This document shows, one piece after another, positions 58,701-64,000 of a stretch of 64,000 bases of DNA. The translations under genes and the position numbers were made by a program. Source of the stretch: a virus; the IMG/VR virus record IMGVR_UViG_3300005918_000012, one strand, 5' to 3'. Numbering within the stretch: position 1 is the stretch's first letter; every line of letters begins with the position of its first letter. Under the pieces are notes generated by a model, which saw only the letters and a list, made by a program, of their open reading frames with translations, had not been told where the DNA came from and did not search any database.

Positions 58701-61432
58701 ACCAGTCAGACAATATTCCATTACCAGACCCTGAGTTCATTCTTTTAGGGGCTTACACTCAAAATGTTTTTGCAGCACCCTTTACATTTGATTTAAGACA
58801 TCCTTTGTTGGATATTGACCGTCGATTGGATATCTTCGTAGGTCTTCGAAATGATGGGTCTGGCGTTCCTTTGGCAGGACCTCATTTTTCAACTTTGACT
58901 GATGCCGTTACTTATGCTAATGAGATTCAGAACCCATTGGTAGGAGAACCTGATTTCAGAGTCAGAATCCGAGTAGTTGGTTACACCGATGAACCTGAAG
59001 CAGGGTTACCTATTATGATAGGTACGGATGGGTTGATGATTGAATCTGACCCTCTACTTGAAGATGCTATCCAAACTTCTATCACTTGGGATGCTGATGA
59101 TAAATGCCTGATTGATTTGAATGGTCACGATGACTTAACTTTTGATGGGTTATCGTGTCACAATACCAGTACAGACTTATCTCAAACAGAGCCTTTGAGG
59201 GCATTGTTTACCAATACTGGAGGTTCTGTAGAACGGTTGACTGTTAATAATTGCCGATTGGTTGGGTCACAAGGTTTCATGGTGATGACTGCTAATCCAA
59301 TTGAAGATAGCCATATAACAAACAATTATGGTGAAGAATTATTGGATTTTGGTATCTATCTGACTAATGAGTCTGATGATCCTATTACAATGACTATTAC
59401 AGAAGTTACTACTATCAATGTTGATGCTGGTGAAACTATAGATATTCTTTATGGTGGGGAGTCTCTTACAGTAACGGATTTAGGTGGGACTATTACTTAT
59501 AATGTCGGGACTGATACTTGTACAGTGGCAAATGACCCTGGTGCTGGGGATTCTTTTATTATTAAACCTAATCAGACTGCTCGTATAATAGCTAATGGGG
59601 GTGGTTCCATTGTTCGAGGTGCCGATACTATTGCATTTGAGGAAAACACTGTTGGTAGTATTTTTCACTCAGTAGCATCTTCAGTTGTTATTCAAATGGC
59701 TGGTAGGTTACTAGAACGGACAGTTATTCAGGATAACACATTTATTCAAGCGGGTATAATTGGAAACATGGCCGACAATGACCACACATTAGCAGTGGCA
59801 GTAACCGCTACTATAACAACAACAGCCGGATTTGATTTAAGAATTGGTGATGCTTCCAAGAGTATAACTATTCCTGCAGGTACCTCTTCTTGGGTTATTG
59901 ATAATGATGGTACAGATGCTAAAGTTTGGGAGCCACCCGGTCCAAGTCTCCAGGTCGTTTTCCCAGCAGATATGGACACTGCTGCATTTTATCCTGTACC
60001 AGGGTCAACAGGCACAGCTACTATTAGTATCCCAGGACAGGAAGATATTGTTATGACTCCTGATACATGGGGTTATATGTATTATTCAACGGGGGTTGCC
60101 CCAACAAGAGAATTACGTATTGTACACGGCCCCAACGGAGTAGCAACAGCTGGTGGTATTGTAGCATACACAGGTCTTCTTGTAACTCCTTATTGGGATC
60201 TTTTGGTTGGTAGTGTTATGGTAAACATGCATAATAAAATCAACCATAATATAATTAAAGGATTCCATGTTGGTATTTTTGCAAATGTTATCTGGAATTC
60301 TGATGTGGAAAACAATTATATTTCGGATACCAAAAATGTAGGTATTTATTTAGGTGCTTATGCTGGATACCACAACACCAATAATAATGTGTTAGAAAAT
60401 GTATTTACGGTTGACCAATTAGATATCGAAATATTCCAATGGCCTGGTCAATTTTCTGTGACGCCAGTCTTACCTGTTCCAACAGGGTTCGGGGAGGCTG
60501 AAAAACATGGATTAGTTGCTAGTGGTCTTTATAGTGAGATCAACTCAAACGTAATCTCAACAGCAGCAGCTTTATCAACTGGTGAGGGGACTCCACCATC
60601 TTATCCCATTTTAGATATTTGGATGTTCGGGGGTTGGCTTGATGCCAAATTAAATACTCTGAGTTGGTGTCTTGGTGGTGAAGGGTATGCTCTGGGAGTA
60701 GAAGATAATACCATCTTGAGTTATGGTGGTACTGGATATGCTTTTGAGGCAGGTGTGGTAATTTCAGCAGCTTACAGTACAATCAGGGGAAATAGTTGTA
60801 CTTATGATATTATATTAAATGAGTCATTAGGTTCTGTTATTGCTCATAATTTTGCAAGGGATGTTTACACAGCAAATCCTAACTTAGCAGTGGCCGTTGG
60901 CAGTTCTTATACAAACCTTACAGGGAATCGGGTTAAGGATATCTATTTAAACGGGCCATTAGGGGATGAGTCCACCAATTGTACGGTGGATGCAAATACA
61001 ACTTCTGGATCTATTTTTAATGGTGACCCTGGATTAGGTCCTAATGGGACACGTATTGTTAATAATATGGTAGGTACTAATATTACATCTTTTACAAATG
61101 GTACAAATGCTAATATTCTTGGGAATACTGTATTGGGTACCATTGATGTTAATGCAGATGGTTGTATAGTGAGTAATAATTATGCAACTACCATTGATGT
61201 TAATGCTGTTGCAGGTCCTCCTGATGTTAGAAAAGTAATTTTGATGGGGAATAATGCTCAGGTGATTACAGGGGAAACTGCTGCTGCTACACCTAACAAT
61301 GTTGTGGCTATAGGAAACACTGTATCTGTTGCTGATTTAGGTGCTGGTGCTGGCCTGAACTTTTTTGGGCATGATCCAACAGGAGTTCATAATTCAGTTA
61401 ATTTTGAAGAAGCACACAATCGAACTTGGTAA
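55796..61432 (+). CDS. Tailspike/receptor-binding-like protein with C-terminal right-handed parallel beta-helix (1878 aa)
   Basis: HFSTLTDAV cap, then Asn-ladder coils (ITNNYG, IQDNTF, INHNII, VENNYISDTKNVGIYL, IRGNSC, ILGNTV, VSNNYA, AIGNTV); TIDVNA encoded twice by an 18-bp repeat (61138-61155, 61189-61206). Confidence 0.72.
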   Translation: MAFDPNKVNLGADLLTNPTASDRDPWQEAFKRFSAVPDSKTLRASEALSGMTGSWAAQYKFGPTVSDSSTQPEPTTPSNFSMKLNKLGRPGMPEIDFVPYSHNTNRFGNKGGALLGEPISFSVVGPTAKVGGEKMVWQWVVDITTVPGSTIVRLDDIVVDTSIATWSTTALTLDISDYYNIQAADFGEDARFDGGLYLMVSETGKTEEINPAAPVTGGIGDGAIIDDGITTRVPITALTSSSKTELFRVTGLYENAGNVLGFILDTSKYLESYFSIQGNPAEPDIIRHITLVEPAATRLVAIPDSGDGRGQEQVFAFTPPRQALTSEHQPLANEWNPSASPWPAEYPWGVEASDGLSLFYYDYGPQLPVLKPYAEWSDVYLTNSTVWAAANGILGSMDIIWSADATDGEPVPEVGDVLKIHSIKTNDSTVWVNTDSRSVKWGSLLGFFEVIVNTQTASTSYTLTLKRYAEVEPETGNSMWGTSIQFSADVTTFVPQLKCSIHKPVKELWNSPWFDADSLDSTRITNLIDPRWVERAGYTPTVSTDPTVRDMGVSPYRPDRAIFDTASSGIGAAGTNANPGNLQNLGFRVVLFPGKIKTIPTALGGTEDIIAPDWDRPITSNELVIDPTVTEKQYVEVDYANGFVRLSHPPQAVDVSDAGAGDLAPADDIFTLGTDDNPRGEQVLFAACVPYTQDIGQIGTGPRVTSNPSSVSDTDACAGSANSAGSGEFYDVYGDRVAFDVDTISEQVLNCINVVGTSDEQLTLTGLVADQLPPTGFFEIFQSGDPVLTTGSTRGSLFSYYGIEETGGDTILHGVHGGLESGVDIVTINSAAPAQIILRRELFTPNDRYGTATVRYQDDVSYGDAKRAGVFRFTGVETVVNLDGSITIQIQDSAADAYDNLGDLFSSWVLDGGELTGHRVPTNHDYISYTETTVIYQGHRLVIPAGEFWFAGMSGDGYLYIDGSDCSVNQSDNIPLPDPEFILLGAYTQNVFAAPFTFDLRHPLLDIDRRLDIFVGLRNDGSGVPLAGPHFSTLTDAVTYANEIQNPLVGEPDFRVRIRVVGYTDEPEAGLPIMIGTDGLMIESDPLLEDAIQTSITWDADDKCLIDLNGHDDLTFDGLSCHNTSTDLSQTEPLRALFTNTGGSVERLTVNNCRLVGSQGFMVMTANPIEDSHITNNYGEELLDFGIYLTNESDDPITMTITEVTTINVDAGETIDILYGGESLTVTDLGGTITYNVGTDTCTVANDPGAGDSFIIKPNQTARIIANGGGSIVRGADTIAFEENTVGSIFHSVASSVVIQMAGRLLERTVIQDNTFIQAGIIGNMADNDHTLAVAVTATITTTAGFDLRIGDASKSITIPAGTSSWVIDNDGTDAKVWEPPGPSLQVVFPADMDTAAFYPVPGSTGTATISIPGQEDIVMTPDTWGYMYYSTGVAPTRELRIVHGPNGVATAGGIVAYTGLLVTPYWDLLVGSVMVNMHNKINHNIIKGFHVGIFANVIWNSDVENNYISDTKNVGIYLGAYAGYHNTNNNVLENVFTVDQLDIEIFQWPGQFSVTPVLPVPTGFGEAEKHGLVASGLYSEINSNVISTAAALSTGEGTPPSYPILDIWMFGGWLDAKLNTLSWCLGGEGYALGVEDNTILSYGGTGYAFEAGVVISAAYSTIRGNSCTYDIILNESLGSVIAHNFARDVYTANPNLAVAVGSSYTNLTGNRVKDIYLNGPLGDESTNCTVDANTTSGSIFNGDPGLGPNGTRIVNNMVGTNITSFTNGTNANILGNTVLGTIDVNADGCIVSNNYATTIDVNAVAGPPDVRKVILMGNNAQVITGETAAATPNNVVAIGNTVSVADLGAGAGLNFFGHDPTGVHNSVNFEEAHNRTW

Positions 61433-61442
61433 AGAGGTTTAG

Positions 61443-62270
61443 ATGAGAGTACTTGTAGATCAAAAAGAATTGATGGTAGGTGGCCCAATAGCAGTTCCAT
61501 CTATCACTCAGATTGGTAAAACTCCCACACCCGAAGACGGTTTGGCCATCAATGGCCGTTTTGTTCTTCCTGTTGTGGATGGGGTTGAGTTTCAGGTTGA
61601 GTCTGATTCCTACGTTCTTCCCGTTGACGGAGAAGACATCAGCAGTCAGGCTTTCGGTTACCTGTTAGCTACTTTCCCGATGTACGGGCATATTTTCTTT
61701 AATCCTTTCCTGACTTATGAAGATATTGAAAATGATGGTGGTATTGATTACACAAAAACTTTCAAGGATGACAGTAGCACACCTCCAGACCCTCCGGTAT
61801 ATTATAGCTCTCGGTTGCAGACCGGCAGAGGTATCTCAGAGGGTTCTGATGCGGGACTTTTCCCAACCCATACGGCTTTGTTGCCGATTAATAATACTTT
61901 AGGTGCTGGTTCAGATCGTCCAGGCCTTATGGTAACAAGAGAAATTGATCTGACCCCTTATACAGGGTTAGCTGGGACTGATGAGTTTTGTCTTTATTGG
62001 AAACTATTTGATTTTGAAGTCAGTGAGGATCATGCTGGAGATTACGGTGTTGTGGGTGATAATACTCCTGCAATCCGTCGAATTTTCGAGACAGACCCAG
62101 AACCGGATGACTTAACTGTCTATATTTCTCCTGATAATGGAGTACATTGGTGTGAGGCAGGGTTTTTAGAGCCCGTTGCTTTCACCTTGAAAACTACAAG
62201 CATTCGTCTGGCTTTCCTGAATAGGGGAGACAGCAAAATCCACATTGCCAACTTTGCGGCAATGTTCTAG
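61443..62270 (+). CDS. Hypothetical tail-associated protein (275 aa)
   Basis: SD GAGG; acidic, beta-rich; C-terminal VYISPDNGVHW Asp-box-like motif. Confidence 0.6.
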   Translation: MRVLVDQKELMVGGPIAVPSITQIGKTPTPEDGLAINGRFVLPVVDGVEFQVESDSYVLPVDGEDISSQAFGYLLATFPMYGHIFFNPFLTYEDIENDGGIDYTKTFKDDSSTPPDPPVYYSSRLQTGRGISEGSDAGLFPTHTALLPINNTLGAGSDRPGLMVTREIDLTPYTGLAGTDEFCLYWKLFDFEVSEDHAGDYGVVGDNTPAIRRIFETDPEPDDLTVYISPDNGVHWCEAGFLEPVAFTLKTTSIRLAFLNRGDSKIHIANFAAMF

Positions 62271-62284
62271 TGAAGGATTGACAC

Positions 62285-64000
62285 ATGAGTAATTACGGAT
62301 CAGATATATCTAGGACACTTGATGCTGTAAACAGACAGTTCTCTAACATCCTGTTTAGAAAAGGGAAGCCCCCATTAGATGCTGAGTTCAATCTTCAAGA
62401 TGACATATGTTCTGAGGAGATGAGAGATGTTGTCCGTGCAATGATGCCTTCAGGCTTCGTTATGGACCCGACACGCTCTCTGGAAGATTTCCAATTCGAT
62501 CCTACATGGTCGAATATGTTCGTTCTGGGCAACCCTATGAAACGAACTATTGGTGCAACTACCACAATCGAACCGAACCCTGTCATCTGGGCTAATGTCA
62601 ATGGTTGGATGATTCCTGTAACAGGGACAGATATTGATGCTGCTGCCACTTGGATAACAGACCAAGGTGCAGCTACAAATATTGTTCGTTTGACTCCACC
62701 TCCTGAATCTGATGCTCGAATTGATTTCGTATTCTTGGAAGCTTGGCAATCCCGGGTAGATGCTAACCCAGCAACCGTTAACAAACCTGCTGCCGATAAG
62801 CTCTGGAAATATGGTAATACCAAGTTCGGTGGGACTAATCTCAGTGACGATCTTGAAGATCCTACTATTGGTTATCAGACTACAGCTCGTGTGCAGATTC
62901 AGTACAGAATCCGAGTATACAGCTCAGGTGCGGACCTTACCAATTACCCTGACGGATTAGGATATCCTAATATTCATGGCCAAGGAGCCGAAGATAGTCC
63001 TGTTTCAGGATACCCCTTCGAGAATATGCGTCAAGAACTGGGAGACCCTTCTCTGTGGAGAGCTGGAAGCCCAACTTCGACCGATATGGGAACCATTGAC
63101 GGTTACACCTATGCTATTCCAATCTGTGCTATTTTCCGACGGAACTCACGGTCATATGTGGCTGTGGCTGCCGGTGGAACTCCGAATCATAACGGTAGCT
63201 TTAACCGTATGCCTGGAACTGGCTTGCTGCCTGATCCGTTAGTTGGTGCAAAACCTCTGACAACGGCAATAGTTGATGGTGTTCTGACTCATGATGGTAT
63301 TCTTGCTTCTGATGGTTTCAGTTCTGCTAGTTTGGTTATCCCTACGACCCCTGCTGAGATTCAAAGACCTTACGGGAACTCAGTTACGTTTGATATTGCT
63401 GTGGATGCTCTGGACGGTTCTGGATTAGAAGACACTCAACACAGTGGACTCTATGTTAAGATTGATGATGAGATTCTCAGTGTCTCTGCTGTAGATACTG
63501 TTGCTGGGACTATCACAATCCCTGTAAGTGGTCGGGGAAGATTCGGTTCTGCCGTTACAGGTCATAATAAAGACTCTGTTATATCTTTCTTCAATACTCG
63601 ACCCGATGGTTTATATGCCGATCAGATTGCTGATAGTGATCTGTTGGATCTCCGTCATGGTATCAATGCTAATGACTGGGACTATGGCCGTTTGCTAGAA
63701 CGTGGGGTCACTGACCTCTTGACTGGTAAAATGAAAACAACTTGGAAACGAGAATCTGCTGGTGGCACTCAAGGTCCTGTTATACATGAAGTGGATGCTT
63801 TGTATGCTAATGATGCCTTACACCCAGCCGGTACTGACCCAGTAGATGGACCAGATGGCGTTCGGACGGTGTGGTCAGATGCAGCTGCTGTTCAACCAAA
63901 CGTCACTATCCTATTAGATAACGGAGCTCCTATAGTTCCGGGTCCTCAAACAGTTGATAGTTTCAATGCCTCTGTAGAGTGGGACGTTGCTCCTGGATTT
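62285..64000 (+). CDS. Baseplate-anchored fibre/appendage protein B, 3'-truncated by the window edge (572 codons visible)
   Basis: Hand translation of several segments in one frame: MSNYGSDISRTLDAVNRQFSNILFRKGKPPLDAEFNLQD...RIDFVFLEAW...TTARVQIQYRIR...DGYTYAIPICAIFRRN...RPDGLYADQIADSDLLDLR...FNASVEWDVAPGF; SD AAGGA. Absent from the ORF track, presumably for lack of a stop. Confidence 0.88.
   Translation, partial: MSNYGSDISRTLDAVNRQFSNILFRKGKPPLDAEFNLQDDICSEEMRDVVRAMMPSGFVMDPTRSLEDFQFDPTWSNMFVLGNPMKRTIGATTTIEPNPVIWANVNGWMIPVTGTDIDAAATWITDQGAATNIVRLTPPPESDARIDFVFLEAWQSRVDANPATVNKPAADKLWKYGNTKFGGTNLSDDLEDPTIGYQTTARVQIQYRIRVYSSGADLTNYPDGLGYPNIHGQGAEDSPVSGYPFENMRQELGDPSLWRAGSPTSTDMGTIDGYTYAIPICAIFRRNSRSYVAVAAGGTPNHNGSFNRMPGTGLLPDPLVGAKPLTTAIVDGVLTHDGILASDGFSSASLVIPTTPAEIQRPYGNSVTFDIAVDALDGSGLEDTQHSGLYVKIDDEILSVSAVDTVAGTITIPVSGRGRFGSAVTGHNKDSVISFFNTRPDGLYADQIADSDLLDLRHGINANDWDYGRLLERGVTDLLTGKMKTTWKRESAGGTQGPVIHEVDALYANDALHPAGTDPVDGPDGVRTVWSDAAAVQPNVTILLDNGAPIVPGPQTVDSFNASVEWDVAPGF

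Larger units (their letters stand above)
5141..64000 (+). mobile_element. Contractile-tail morphogenesis cluster of a large myophage-like element (continues past the right edge)
   Basis: Co-oriented, tightly coupled genes (TAATG/ATGA overlaps at 14070, 18140, 32796, 33032, 41547) in the order tube, chaperones, tape measure, initiators, hub, spike, gp25-like, baseplate J-like, gpI-like, fibres. No housekeeping genes. Confidence 0.88.

Noticed and set aside
1-64000. tRNA, rRNA, CRISPR array, intron or intein
   Set aside because: Intergenic gaps are short and show no cloverleaf or repeat-spacer pattern; I saw no intein or homing-endonuclease motifs in the long ORFs.

Overview
The window is almost entirely + strand and densely coding. 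It reads as part of a large (probably jumbo) myophage-type genome; a prophage or an oversized contractile injection system cannot be excluded because no capsid, portal, terminase or sheath gene is visible. Bases 1-5.1 kb are an accessory/regulatory block: a hypothetical gene, a divergent multi-DNA-binding-domain protein, and a sigma70-promoted, terminator-bounded MerR-HTH + VIT-vWA pair. From 5.2 kb to the end is a contractile-tail morphogenesis cluster in recognisable order: tube, two chaperone-like genes, tape measure, two tube-initiator paralogues, hub, spike, a three-repeat spike-adjacent protein, a 3871-aa giant, gp25-like, baseplate J-like and gpI/gp7-like wedges, then several 1200-1900-aa fibre/appendage proteins. 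The last gene (62285 to the edge) is missing from the ORF track. The most notable observations are: (i) over 16,000 aa of hub-to-fibre coding built from reused modules; (ii) a fixed-spacing motif, TCGGT-N8-TATA-N11/12-GT(A/G)G, in four intergenic gaps, a candidate phage-specific late promoter; (iii) a ~200-nt structured RNA between tube and chaperone with mutually exclusive SD-sequestering and SD-freeing helices; (iv) two diverged 5' ends of one tail gene in tandem; (v) a non-PAAR pseudo-threefold spike-cap candidate. All protein calls come from motif recognition by eye and gene order; no searches were run.
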